From Gnetum montanum (taxonomy: Eukaryota; Plantae; Gnetophyta): 64,000 nucleotides of DNA. The notes under the pieces were generated by a model, which worked only from the letters and a program-made list of their open reading frames with translations, was not told the origin of the DNA and did no database searches. Location of the stretch: NCBI GenBank assembly GCA_015680685.1, contig MNCI01002379.1, positions 566,780 to 630,779 on the forward strand, written 5' to 3'. Shown one piece after another: positions 51,586 through 64,000 of this stretch (positions within the stretch are counted from its first letter, which is position 1; every line of letters begins with the position of its first letter). A program made the translations under genes and the position numbers.

Positions 51586-54500
51586 TGATGCAAGGGTGTT
51601 GCACCTTGATAGATCCCAATAGGATCCAATCCACAACTTCCAAGTAGATATAGGTTAGAAAATAAGAACAACACAATAAAATGAATAAAATTTCCATTAT
51701 ATTAAGATAATTCTCAAAATATGTATAAAATACAACAAATATGAGGAGCCATGCTTAAATCACAACTCTTCCAAGGATCTTAGAGGCCAAACTTGATCCC
51801 TCTTAATCCTTAATTTCTCACAATGGAGCCCAAGATCAAGATAAGACACTTATAAGAGATTCTCCTAATCTCTCTCAAGCCCTCTCCCTTGGCTTTCACT
51901 CAACTTCCTTGCACAATCTTTGTCCTTACACAAGCTCTCTTCCCTCAAGAGGTCTCTCTCTTTCCCTCTATTATGATGTTTGGCCTGCAACATTTTCACT
52001 TGGCCTTTCACATTGTGGCACTTACAATGGTGAATTACATCAATATTTATAAGTAACTAAAAGGTAAAAACCCTAGAAAACTTTTCTAAACTCAACTTGA
52101 GGGTCTTTAGATGTTTTCCAAGTCTTCTCACCTTCTCCTTGGCTATTTCCATCTTACTTTGGCTATTTCCATCTTGCTTTGGCTATTTCTTGAATTAGAA
52201 TGGCATTTTCAAATGTTTTTCCATGAATCTTGGTCATCTTTGGCTTTACTGGGATGTCTACTCTAAAATCCCTTCTTTTGAGAGAGACATCTACTATTTT
52301 TTCTTGATATGTAGTCTTCAAGGGAGATGTCTTTTGGAAGACATATCTAGGGAGACATCTATCTTTCTGGGGAGATGTCTCTTTTGAAGGTGCCAAAAAT
52401 AAAAGTACTTCTTTTGATACTGGAAGCCTTCAAATGCTTTCCAATAATTCCCCATAGATCCTAGAACCTCCTACACTCATCAAAATAAGCCAAAAACATC
52501 TCCAAGCATGCAAAAACATCCAAGAATCATCCTCAACAAAATCATCACAAAGCGATACATAGTATGTAGGGTAGAACAAGGGGATCATAAGAGGTGTCCC
52601 TACACCAGCTCTTCCATTCTTAAAAATATCATGCTTCATGAATGTTCAAAAGCTATAAGGCTCCATACCCCCATGACTCAAGGCCATCACAACAATCATG
52701 ACTCCATGTATTACAAACATTAGAATGAGTATAATTTAAGGTTTTTATTTTGAGCTATCCTTGCTTATGGGGGCTTGTCCTCATGTCCCACAATGCTTCC
52801 TTCATTTGATCATCTCCTTGGAATGCTTTCCTTGCATCCCCATGATGATCCAAACTTGCAACAAATAAATAATAAGAATAAGAAAAAGGATTAGACTTTC
52901 TTAATTGAACATCCTTTCATCTTTTCTTTTTCATCTTTTCACCTTCTTCTTCTTCTTGGTGTTTTGAAGATTACCACTTATCATCATTACATCATCATCA
53001 TGTAGATTTCCTTCATACTGTACCTCCATTTTATAGCAAAGATAATCAAATCCATCAACACACTTCATAAATTTATCATTTCTATAGTCAATAGAAAGCT
53101 TCTCCAAATTCTAAAAAATCATATCATTATCAATGTATTCACTTACATCGATAATGACATTCTTAAAATGACTATTCCAATAGCCATCATCATCAAACAA
53201 TTTATCATTATTAGTATTCCTCTTACTAACAATGGAATCAAAAGTCACAACATGACTTTCAATCCCATCACAATCACCATAATGAGCATGATGATCATCA
53301 TTACCATTGAACAAATCACTACCAAGCTAAAGTGAAAAACTAGTATCCATCACACTAGCTTCAACATCAAAGACATTACTATCATCAACAAGGTAAAGCT
53401 CACTCTTAATTACTCCTTCATGGCTTCTCCCATCAATCTTTGGTTCAACTTGACCTTCAACATGTGGCTGTCTAATCTCATCAAAGCTTGAAGGTTCATG
53501 ATCCCAAATAGGAGTTCCTAATTCCAATGGCCACTCCTCTTCAAAGGAATCATCAACAAGCTCTTCATTCCACTTTGGAGGTACCAAGTCAAAAGGTAAA
53601 CTCTGATCCATGTATTTAACATCAAATTCATCAAAAACATCATCAAAGTAATCATTATTTCACATACCTTTTCTAGAAGACTCACCTCTCTCACATGAGA
53701 TAGTCTCAAATTGACTTAGAACCTTCTTTCCTTTACCACAAGGTGTAGAACAATTACAAAAAGAATGAATATCATAACTTATAGTGCTACACTTGATCCT
53801 CCTTGAAGAAGTCTCTTATTCTTTTCCACTCTCTTGGCTTAGATATTTTACCTCCCATGACTTACAAGTAGGAACTCTCCTTGATCAGCAACATATACCA
53901 TCTTGGACTTTGAATATCTCTTAGTTCCTTTTATGAAGCTCTTGGTTTCCTTCCTTGAAATCCTTAAGTATTAAGCACTCCCTTTCTCAATAAGAGATAC
54001 TTGAAATCTCCTTTTTTGATTGATCTCTACTTCACCAAACCTTTTATCTTCCTTTTTTTCTTGATGGCTAGAAGATATTTTATCAATCATTCTCAAAATA
54101 TTTCTCATGTTAGTCTTGAATTTCTCCATATCCATTTCTAAAGTTTCTACAAAATCTTGGTGCTTGTGTACCTTTACTTTGGAAATAACTTCTTGCATAT
54201 CAGCCAAAAGAGCTTTAAAGGAGTCCTTGAACTCTTGAAGCTCTTGTTTAAGCTTTTGATATGTCATCTTCTTTGGAACCATACCTAAAGAAACAATAAT
54301 GATATCTAAAAGAAAGTACAAAAATATACATAATAATGTTCCTTTCATTCAAGGAGAACATCAAGATTCAACATAAAAGTATGCAAACCTCCAAATCTTT
54401 CCTTTAATACCAATTTGGTGCTAGGGTGTTGCATCTTGATAGACCCCAATAGGATCCAATCCATAACTTCCAACCAGACCTAGCTTAGAAAATAAAAACA

Positions 54501-55401
54501 ACACAATAAAATGGAGAAAATCTCCCTTATATTTAGATAATTCTCAAAATACATATAAAATATAGCAAATATGAGAAGCCAAGCTCAACTCACAACTCTC
54601 CTAAGGATCTTAAAGGCCATACTTGTTCCCTATTAATCCTCGATTGCTCACAATGAAGCCCAAGCTCAAGACAAAACACTTTTAAGAGATTCTTCTAACC
54701 TCTATTAAGTGCTCTCCCTTGCCTTTCACTCAACTTACTTGCATAAGCTCTCTTCCCGTAAGAACTATTTCTCTTACCCTCTGTTAGGATGTTTGGCCTT
54801 TAGCATTTGCACTTTGACCTTTGGCACTACAACACTTACAATGGTGAATTATATCAATATTTATAAGCAACTAGAAGATAAAAATCTTAGAAACCTTTCC
54901 TCAACTCAACTTGAGATTATTTAGATGTTTTTCAAATCTTGTCACTTTCTTCTTAACTATTTCCATCTTGTTTTAGATGTTTCTTGAATAGGAACAACAT
55001 TTTCAAAAGTTTTCCCATGCTTCTTAGTCATCTCTAGCTTTGTTGGAATGTCTACTATGAAAGCCCTACTTTTGGAAGAGACATCTACTATTTTTGGTAG
55101 ATGTCTAATCTTTAGGGGAGATGTCTATGGGAAGAAATCTCTAGGAAAATGTCTATCTTTTTGTAGAAACATATTTTCCAAAGGTTCCAAAAATAAAAGT
55201 GCTTCTTTTGATGTCAAGAGCCTAGAGATGCCTTCCAATAAATCCCCATACATACTAGAACCTACTAAACTCATCAAAATAATCCAAAAACACCTCCAAA
55301 TAGGCCAAAACATCTGAGAATCATCCCCAAAAAAATCATTACAAAAAGAAACATAGTATGTAGGGTAGAACAAGAGGATTGAAAGAGGTATCCCTACATC
55401 A
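51586..55401 (-). mobile_element. Element F: non-autonomous LTR element with CRM-like TGATG...CATCA termini, nested in C
   Basis: LTRs 51586-52607 and 54416-55401; tRNA-iMet PBS 54402-54412 (minus TGGTATTAAAG); purine tract at ~52608-52620. TSD not convincing (GGATG/ATGTG). Confidence 0.8.
52930..54348 (-). pseudogene. Broken ORF of F: coiled-coil-like N-terminus plus acidic region, no recognisable domain
   Basis: ORFs 53971-54348, 53327-53611 and 53111-53314 lie in the element's sense orientation directly after the PBS. Confidence 0.5.
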
Positions 55402-55424
55402 ATGTGGAAGGATCAACATGTCCT

Positions 55425-58400
55425 TCACTTGTGCAAACTCTTTCTAATCTTTGAAATATTATGAAATTTGTAAACTCTTCTTTGCATAAGTTTATATTCA
55501 CCATCCCCTTCATTGATGATGCTAAAAGGGATTTCTTCCCATAATGCATCCCTCCATCCATTGTTATCATTCTTGGCTTTGTCCTCTCTTGGGTCACTAG
55601 ATTTTGTGGCTAGCAACTTCTTCTTGAAACTCTACTTCAAACCCCTACTCTATGTCCATGTTGTTCATAGCCAAGGGCACTATGTTATCATCATGAATGA
55701 TGATCTCACCTCCCTCATAAGGAAGGTGAATCTCTTGATGGATGGGTGAGGGAATAGCTTGTAATTAAGCCAACCAAGGTCTTCCAAAGATAAGGTTAAA
55801 CCCTAGTATCTCCTCCACCACTAAGAAATCCATAGTTATGGGAAACTACTTCCCTATCATAAAATCCAAGGAGAAAAACCCCTTAATAGCAACCCTTGAT
55901 CCATTAAAGGACTTGAGAGTGGTTTTTGATGTGTGTTGTATTTGCTTTGTCAAGCCTAATTGCTCAACAATGGTACACAAGATGATGTTTGTTGTAGCCC
56001 CATTGTCTACATGCACCCAGTGAACTTTATATTTTCCCACCCATATGGTTATGAAAAGAGAATACCCATTCACCTTTCCATTTTGGGGATCAACCTTGAT
56101 TTCAAAATCATGAAATACTAGCAATGTTAACTTCTCCTTCCCTGGTGAAAGAGGAATCATCAATACATTAATGGATTCCTTGTCAGCAAGGATGTATTCA
56201 CTAATGGTGATGGAAGCCAACATATTGACTAGCACTTCGTGATGTGTAGTAGAAGTCATGATTAAGTCATACAAGATCAAAGTTGTATTTTTTTTTGATG
56301 GAATATTTAACTTGTTTCATTGCAGTGAGAAAGCTTTTGTCATTAGCCATGGGTTTATGACCCCAATTGTGCTTTACTTCCTCCATGCATCCCAAAATGT
56401 GGACTTCAACCTTAGGTTGTTGCTATTGGGATCTCTCCTCTTTCTTCTAACTTTAGGTTTTGGGATCCTCCTATGCTTTGCTGGTTGAAGTGGGTTAGGT
56501 AGATAAGGTCATGGGTATAGATGATATGGGATTGGGCTTTGGTCAGTTCACTTCCTACCGAGCCTTAGTTTGCTTATCACCCTTGTTGTTATGCTTTTGC
56601 TTATGCTTCTTTCTTTGGTTGGTTAAGGCTTTTTGGTTGTTGTCAATTGTGTTGGAGGAAGAAGCTATAGCATTAGCCACCATAGGAGGCTACTATTCCG
56701 TTTTTGGGATTGGTTGGGATATAGTGGGCTAGGGTGTCCTAATGAAAAAAGGTTCCCTTAGAGGTATTCATGATGGTACTCTTATGACAAATGGGGATCT
56801 TGAGCTGGTAGAAGCTAAATAAGCCCTTTAATCAATAGGGAGTACCCAAATCACAAATGGTTCCCTTGTCAGTATATGATTATCATCTATGTTAAAAACT
56901 AATATAATGTATGTTGCATTATTAGCATTCAATGGATCTTTATACCCTTGCATTAATTAGTTCTATGGTCAAAAGGGTTGGATGCATCTAGAACCAGTTC
57001 TCCCCTATCTATCATCTTTTGTAGATCATCATTTATGACAAGGTAGAAGTTTGTGTCATGACCAAACAATTGGTGATAGTGGCAAAGTGGTCTAACTTAA
57101 AATATTTAGGTAGCTATGGATCATCCTTTGTTGCTTGAATGGGATACTTGGCTATCTTACATAGCCTAATATGCTTCTTTCATAAAGCTTCAAACATCTA
57201 CTTGTATTGAATGGACCCACTTTTCAACAACTAGTCTAGTAACTCAGATGGTTTTAAAAATAGCCTAGTATATTTGGACCTGTCCTTCCTATCAAGGTTG
57301 AGTCTAACTATTATCAATGCAGTGGTCATAGAGGTTGATGGCTAGTTATCTCAATTATTATTATAGGCTTTGGGGGGTTGGTCCTTGGCCCCTAGTTAGT
57401 GGTTTTGGTCTCTTTAGTTATTGCTACTACCACCACATTGTCTTGTTTACTCCTCTTCTTGTTCTTTCATGTGTGTTAATTTTTGTAAGTCATGTAGGTT
57501 GGGTCATGACTGGCCTTCGCAACATCCTCTATTTTTGTGGTTTGGGAGAATTCTTTACTAAGTTTTTGTGGATCAAGATATTATATCTTGGATTTAATGA
57601 AACCATTGATCACCACATTGAATATAGCCAAAATGTGGGTTTTAGCTATAGACTCCAGTATCTCATTTAACCAGATTGTTCCACTATTGGATGAACTTCT
57701 ACATTGGCTCAAGGGATCTCTACTTGACCTTCATTAGTTGGTTAAGTGTAGTATTGGGCTTCAAATTGTACTTGAAGTAGTTAATGAATTGGGATATGAG
57801 GTCTTCAAGGAAGGATATGGATCCTCTAGGTAGGGCAGAGTACTAATCAAGCACTTTTATAGTCAAGGACATAGGGAAGATTCTCATTATAGTATCTGGC
57901 CATGATTGTAATAGCGAGCACTTAGATTGAAATGTTATAAGGTGAGTGTTGGGATCACCTTCTCCATTATACTTGCTAAATGAGGGATAAGGACACTAAG
58001 AGGAAGTGTCAACGGTAGGACCATAGGAATAATGGGATCATCTTGGTAAAAATTCATGATCTTGACACTTTGGAAAGTAGAGGTCTTGAGCCTCTCCAAC
58101 TCCTCCATCAGGTCCTAGATCATCTAGAAGGCCAAATCCAAGCCATGTGGTGCCCCTATTGGCTATGGGGTTGCACAAATGGTTGTAGTGTTTGTTGAAA
58201 GGCTTGTGGCCTTACTATTGGTTGTAAGATAGATGGAAGAGGTTGTTTCATAACTATGGTTTGATGAACAAATAAGAAGAAAGACATTTTTTCTTGTATC
58301 TAGGACACAAATGAAACAAAGGGGGTATGTGACACCTAGGTTTCTTGAGATTCCATGGTTGGCCACACTTAAATGGTTAACGGATTGGTGGTAGTAACTA

Positions 58401-59050
58401 TCAGTTATGTCAATCATAATAACCTAGGTTGGGTGGCAAGTGGCATGAAGAAATGAAAAGTATTTGGTTGTAGCATTGATTATGCTTGGTACATTACAAT
58501 GATTGGCATGGTCTGAAGCATGGTCAAGTATAGTGAGGATGATAATAGTCAGATGTGTTTAAAGGAAGAGGAAAAGGGGCTATAGGTAAGAACTATGGTA
58601 TTGGGGGTTCCTTGTTGGATGAGCCCCTCCAAAAGGTTCTTAGTATTATGCTCTATATTGAATTCATCTTCTTTCTTTGGTTTCTCATCAAAGATAACCT
58701 TTTAGTTATCTTCATGAATATCAATGAGGAGGGCTAAGATGCTAGCGTAGATATCATTAAGAGGTATTTGGTGATAGGGGGAGGGAATGTACTCCTTCCC
58801 ATTGTAATTGATGAGCTCAAATTCCCTTTTAGCTTTTGCTTCTACTTGTGGGATCAACATTCCAACCTAGATCTTTGCACAAATGAAGTTATAGTATTCT
58901 TCATTTATCGCCAAGAACCTAAGACTTTGCCCCCAAAGTCTCAAGGACTACCTACATTTGATCAGGTAGTGTCTTTGGGGTCATAGACCCTCACATACAT
59001 TTGATTAGACCCATTATCGGTATAGTTGAAAGGAAACTTGATTGATTGTA
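55425..59050 (-). pseudogene. gag: gag-protease of element C
   Basis: PR ORF 55846-56280 with VHVDNGATTNI; gag core YNGEGDPNTHL at ~57940-57975; colinear with B 17852-21420. Confidence 0.85.
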
Positions 59051-60522
59051 GGAAAGACATGGTTATTGTGCTAAAAATGGCTCAAGACTAGCTGTAAAGG
59101 TAAAAATAGAAGTAAATTCTAGCATGTGTATTTCGAAAATGGTCAAAAGAAGAAGAAATGACTAAAAATGAAGTACTTACTATAAATAGTAAGTGAGGGG
59201 TAAGGAGGGTACACCCCTTTACCAAAAACAAAAAGGTTAAAAGCTTGTAACAAACTTCATGCATGCTGGCTTCCCACCTACCTCTACGCAAGGTGTGGTA
59301 GGTTAAAAAATGAGGTGAGATGGGAAAATCTCACAACTTCCTATTCTAACAATGGTAAAGTTTGACAACCAAAATGAAAACTTGGGAGTTTCAAAAAAAT
59401 GATTTTGGGAAGCTACCAAATTTCACAACAAGAAAGAAGGGAATGGGAATTTGGTTATTTTGACCACCAACACTTATTAATACCCAAAAATGCTAGTGTT
59501 GAACATTGAAATGGTGTGGGGTTTTGGTTTTTATACGTTTTTGGCCCTGATTGGGGTTGCAAATTTGGCTGTAAATAGCTAACATATTGGCTATAGGTTG
59601 GCTAAAAATTGCTACAATGTTTAGGTGTGGTAGTTGCCCAAAATCCAAGGAGTAAAAGTTCAATGCTAGGGATGACATCAAATTCTTCTACACTAAGCAT
59701 TACCCCTTTCTATGTTAGCGGTAGGTGAGATCTAACAACATGAATACAATACCCATCTTATCAATACTTCATGAACTTTCCTAGCCCAAGACTCCTTCCT
59801 TATGAATTTTTCATGTCAAATTTTCAACAAATATGCATCATGCAAAGTCTAAGACCCTCTAAACATGTCTTATATCTTCCAAAAATTTACAATGATCCAT
59901 TGTTTATCATTTAAAATCAACAAAAAATATGAAATTTTTTCCTTTGATATTGGACCACATAAAACCTATATGTGGGGACTTAGCTGAATTTCATCATTTT
60001 TCACATTTGACCCAAGGGAGGTTTTACCATTTTTCTTCTACAATCTTAGATCTAACCTCCCAACTTCCAACCCTCATAACTCCATACTTGTAACTCCAAT
60101 TTTCATGATTCTTGAACATAGTTTATCAAAAAGCTTTCAACCTAGTTATGAGGGTGTGTTTAGTGGGATATAACAAAAATTGAAGCTAGAATTTGCTAAT
60201 GCTTAGAAGGTATTATAAGGGTAAGTATGAAGGGAAAATAAAATTTTTTTCACAAAAATCAATCACATTAACACCAAAAACACTTAAATAATCCTCTTAA
60301 TAAATCATATTAACCATTATGAGCCATAAACAAGAACAAAATGGACAATTGTAAAGTGTTATAAAGAAACTAACAATTATGGGGTTTCTTTTTGAAAAAT
60401 TTTCTAACTCTATAATCATAATAAACTACAAATTTGATCTAAGTAAAATTATGAGAAAGGAAAGGAGTTATTAAAGATCAAGAAAGACATTTTAATACTT
60501 CTTAAATTCTTTATAATTGTAG

Positions 60523-62715
60523 ATGGTTCCAAAAAGAGGAGCAATAGGAGGATCCTCACAGCTGGCAAGCAAATGACCAAGAGGCCAAGGAAGATGCTAA
60601 ACAAGAGCATAAGGGCCACAAGTAGAACATGCAGAGTAGGAGGCTTAATCGATCAATATCCATTAAGAAACTTCTACTGTTAGACATTTGGCTTAGGGGA
60701 AGGTGGAAGAACCACAAATACAAGAATAGAACCTCATCCTATCACCAGAATGCCTTTAGATCATCCAAGAAAGAATACTCTTGAATATGGAAGTCGTAGA
60801 AATAAACTTTGGTCCATTTATAGAGTTTGATCTAGATGCAGTAAGGACATAGCTTCAAGTGTTATCACTATGGCCTATACTTTTAGATAGTGGAAAATGG
60901 TATTTAGGGGAGACCTACCAATTTTAGCATAACAAAGAGGAGGATGCTATGGTCAACATAAAAGGAGTCTACATTTTATATTCACTAAAGGTGATAGATA
61001 AAGTCCTAAACATGCTCAATCAAGGGGTAAGATTAGCACATCTTTTCACTAGATTAGACACAAAAACTAGAAAATTGTGGTTAAAACAGGCATATGACAA
61101 TGAAGATAAAGAGTATAATGAGTTAACTCTGCAAAAAATAATTTATTTCAAAATTGGCACAAACCATATGTTTTCTACAAAGAGATTAAATAGATTATCA
61201 ACCTATGCAACCAAAGGAACTATGATTCTGATGGAAAAGTACAATGCAAATCCTGCACAACTCTATTTCATGGAGATTCAAAGCCAGTTTGAAGAAAAGA
61301 AGGCAAGGAAGCTCATACTTCCATTCCCTTTCCTAATTAGGAAGCTATGCAAACCTATTGGAATTCTAGGGTACACTAATGACATCCTTAGGAAGGCTCA
61401 AAATACTTCATATGCTGAAATGTTCAAGCTAGAACCACCAAGAAAAGATAAAGTGGAAGAACAAATATATGTTGGGGAAACCACATAAACCATTGAACAA
61501 CAACAACAAGTGGGACCTAGTGGTTAGTAGCAAGAGCAAAAACAACAACAAGAATAGTATCAAAAGGTTCCACCACCTCTATCATAGGATTATAGGCCAT
61601 TCATGAGTCATCTATAATAGATTGTAGAGACTATCAATTGGGGACTGCATGAGGAGGCCAACCTCTATAAAATAATTGATAGTTTCATTCAGCCAATAGT
61701 TTCCATAGATCCTACAAGTAGAAAAATATAGTTACAATCAGGAGAAGGTAATAAATGATCATAATAGATCTTTAAGAAAATTGCATCATTCCAAGTTGTG
61801 CTTAAAATAGGAGAAGAAGTCATAATTATAATTATATAGCACTAGGATATAGCAAGAGCTATCGAAGTGATCACAGATCATATTAAGAAATCCTTTAACA
61901 TACCTATTATGCCACCAGAAGATCTAATTAGAGCCATAGGTGCTTAGATGTTAACTGGTACCTTAATGACTCTTGCTGATCATGAGGATGTGCTAGACCA
62001 CTGCTACAAACTAGGTAAGTAATGACAACTCTTTTTGACATCCCAAGTGATGTTATTGTAGTGCAATCATAACTGATTACAACTAAGATTAAGCTAGTCA
62101 TAACAAAGACCAAGGTGGAGCATGTAGAAGGTGAAATCCTTAGACTATAGGAAAAGCCCATAATGCTAAGGGTGGAATGCAAAGATTCTACTCAATTCAT
62201 TGCACCTGACTAGCTAGAGCAATTCAGAATAGATTAAATTGACTACTTGATAGAGTAGAATAAGTGATTGAAAATGAAAAGGAGAAAACAATGTGGAATA
62301 CCTCGGTAGCATAAGCTTAGGTGTATGTACATGCTAAGGCACTCACCTGAACATAAAAATAAAAAACTCACTACAGATAGCGCTAGGTTGACCAAGATCG
62401 ATAAGTAGAAAAACATCTTGGAGGAGAGCAGCCATTAGTTGAGATAACAACTAATGAGGGTTAACTAAAATATGAGCCACTTAACAAGGGACAATAAGAT
62501 CCTCTCAATGAAGGAGGTATGTGCCATCCAATAAAAATCAACTATTGAGATTAGCACATGGTAGAATGAAGTAAAGAAGCATGAAAGGCTCAAGGAACAC
62601 TTCTGCTACTAGGTGGGGATATATAAAGAAATCAATAAGAACAAGATCTAGATGGTGAAGGCCCAAATGTATTCCATATCAATGCAAAATCCAAATTTGC
62701 AACCCATCTTGGATA
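60523..62715 (+). pseudogene. Athila-type env-like/extra ORF remnant, probably the 3' part of D
   Basis: TTGTAG|ATG start at 60523. ORF 60949-61488 has VNIKGVYILYS..VIDKVL and LPFPFLIRKLC, resembling the 'putative plant transposon protein' motifs of Athila ORF2, followed by Q/E-rich and coiled-coil-like remnants. Confidence 0.55.
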
Positions 62716-64000
62716 TGAAACACCACAAAATTTTAGGTTTCAGCATCTTGACTGCAAATTTGGCTTAGTGTCAAAATGGTGGCACTTTGCGAAAATTTTT
62801 CCAAGTGCTAAGTGTAGTCAACTCTAACTGCTAGATTTGCAAAATTTTTCTAAGTGTCAAAATGATGGCACTTTTTGCAAACTTTTCTAAGTGTAAAAAC
62901 TTGCCAAATGTTTTCTAAGTATTGGTGCTACACTCTAGAGTGTAGCCAGCATGACACAGGTTCAAGTTTCTGGTTTTGCCTAAGTGTTGGACAAGAATAT
63001 GTCAAGCTAGCTCAACATAGAAGATACATTTGGCACATTTCCCAACTTGTGAGCCTACCTATCTTGCTACGCCCCAAAGCGTAGCTAGTGTGCCATCAGG
63101 GAAGATTGTAGATTTCATCAAAATTTAGCTAAGTATTCCTACTATGCTCCCTAAAGTAGCCAGCATAACCAATGTGAAACATCAAAGTTTTTCAAATTTT
63201 CATTAAGTGTTTTGTTACACTCTAGAGCATAGCTAGCTTTACACTAGAGGAAAGCCTCTGATAGTCTTCAGAAGCCTTCAAAACTCAGCATTTGCCTTCG
63301 TCTCAACTCTAACATTCCTTTGGCAGCCAAGATCTGCAATTTCATTTCACCTACACTCATTTTTTGTCCTAAATTGTACCTATGCTCTAGAGCATAGCGA
63401 GTAGGATGAGCATAGTAGCTAGTGTCTCATGTCCTGCATGTAACAGGGGATGAGTCTAGCAGTTAGTGTTCCATGTATTACACGCAACATGGGACAAGTA
63501 TAGTAGCCAACATATTGTGTCCCACATGTAACATGGGATGAATGTAGCAGGGGGTGTCCCATGTCCTACACATAACATGGGATGAACATAGTAGGGGGCA
63601 TCCCATGTCTGCATGTAACATGGGATAAGCATAGCAGCTAGCATCTTGTGTTATTCATGTAACATGAGACATGCATAGCAGGGGGCATTCCATGTTCTGC
63701 ACATAACACATGATGAGTGTAGTAGCCAATGTCTTGTGTCCTACATGTAACATGGGATGAGCATAGTAGCCAACATCCCATGTTCTGCAACTAACATAGG
63801 ATGAGTATAGCAGTTAACATCACAAGCATAGCAGTTGACATTCCATAACTTGCATGTAATATAGGATGAGCATAGCGTTAAGAGTTAGAAAATTTTTTAA
63901 ACTTTTTCTAGTCACTTCTAGACTTAGAAAATTTTCTGAATATTTCTTGTGGTCCCACCTACTACAATACCACGTGGCACTCAATCCACATTTTGGGCTA
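62716..64000 (+). mobile_element. Element G: A-family LTR (5' or solo), runs off the window
   Basis: TGAAACACCACAAAATTTTAGG start, colinear with 10689-11701. No PPT upstream; the left flank GGATA is the expected TSD. Confidence 0.9.
63400..63880. repeat. 44-bp tandem repeat, ~11 copies
   Basis: Unit starts at 63444, 63488, 63532, 63576, 63619, 63663, 63707, 63751 and 63795, plus partial units. Confidence 0.9.

Larger units (their letters stand above)
29076..59735 (-). mobile_element. Element C: Tat/Ogre-like Ty3/gypsy with giant PR-RT interruption; 5' end partly deleted
   Basis: 3' LTR 29076-30496, PPT, INT/aRH/RH/RT 31723-35189, gag-PR ~55425-59050, and an LTR fragment ~59490-59735 matching ~29720-30120. 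Left flank ATGAT; right TSD and PBS missing. Confidence 0.8.

Noticed and set aside
54709-55373. ORFs within LTRs (also 40300-40488, 45116-45304, 52163-52723, 62875-63084)
   Set aside because: Short, without domains, and similar to each other only because the LTRs are duplicated.
63400-63880. CRISPR-like regularly spaced palindromic repeats
   Set aside because: Whole 44-bp units are homologous with no unique spacers, they lie inside an LTR, and there are no cas genes.
2195-64000. Pairing LTR G (62716) with an LTR of A
   Set aside because: A is closed by its own TSD, and G has no upstream PPT.

Overview
Plant nuclear, heterochromatin-like DNA made almost entirely of old, nested, decayed LTR retrotransposons. 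It shows heavy CG/CHG deamination and several scaffold gaps, and no intact host gene was recognised. Reconstruction: an Athila-like Ty3/gypsy (D: pol 24238-29075, probably continuing with an env-like region at 59736-62715) is the apparent host. Two related minus-strand Tat/Ogre-like Ty3 elements sit in it: B (<1-24237) and C (29076-~59735). A third Tat family member, A (2195-12404, TSD GAAGG), is nested in B, and another A-type LTR starts at 62716. C carries a gag-only SIRE-like copia (E, 39295-45348) and a non-autonomous CRM-like element (F, 51586-55401). Most notable: in both B and C, gag-protease is separated from the RT side by a roughly 7.6-10 kb (net of nested insertions) intron-like region. 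That region contains a decayed multi-exon antisense gene with splice positions conserved between the two copies, a ~180-bp-periodic palindromic motif array, and 29-bp repeat clusters at both ends. All alignments were done by eye.
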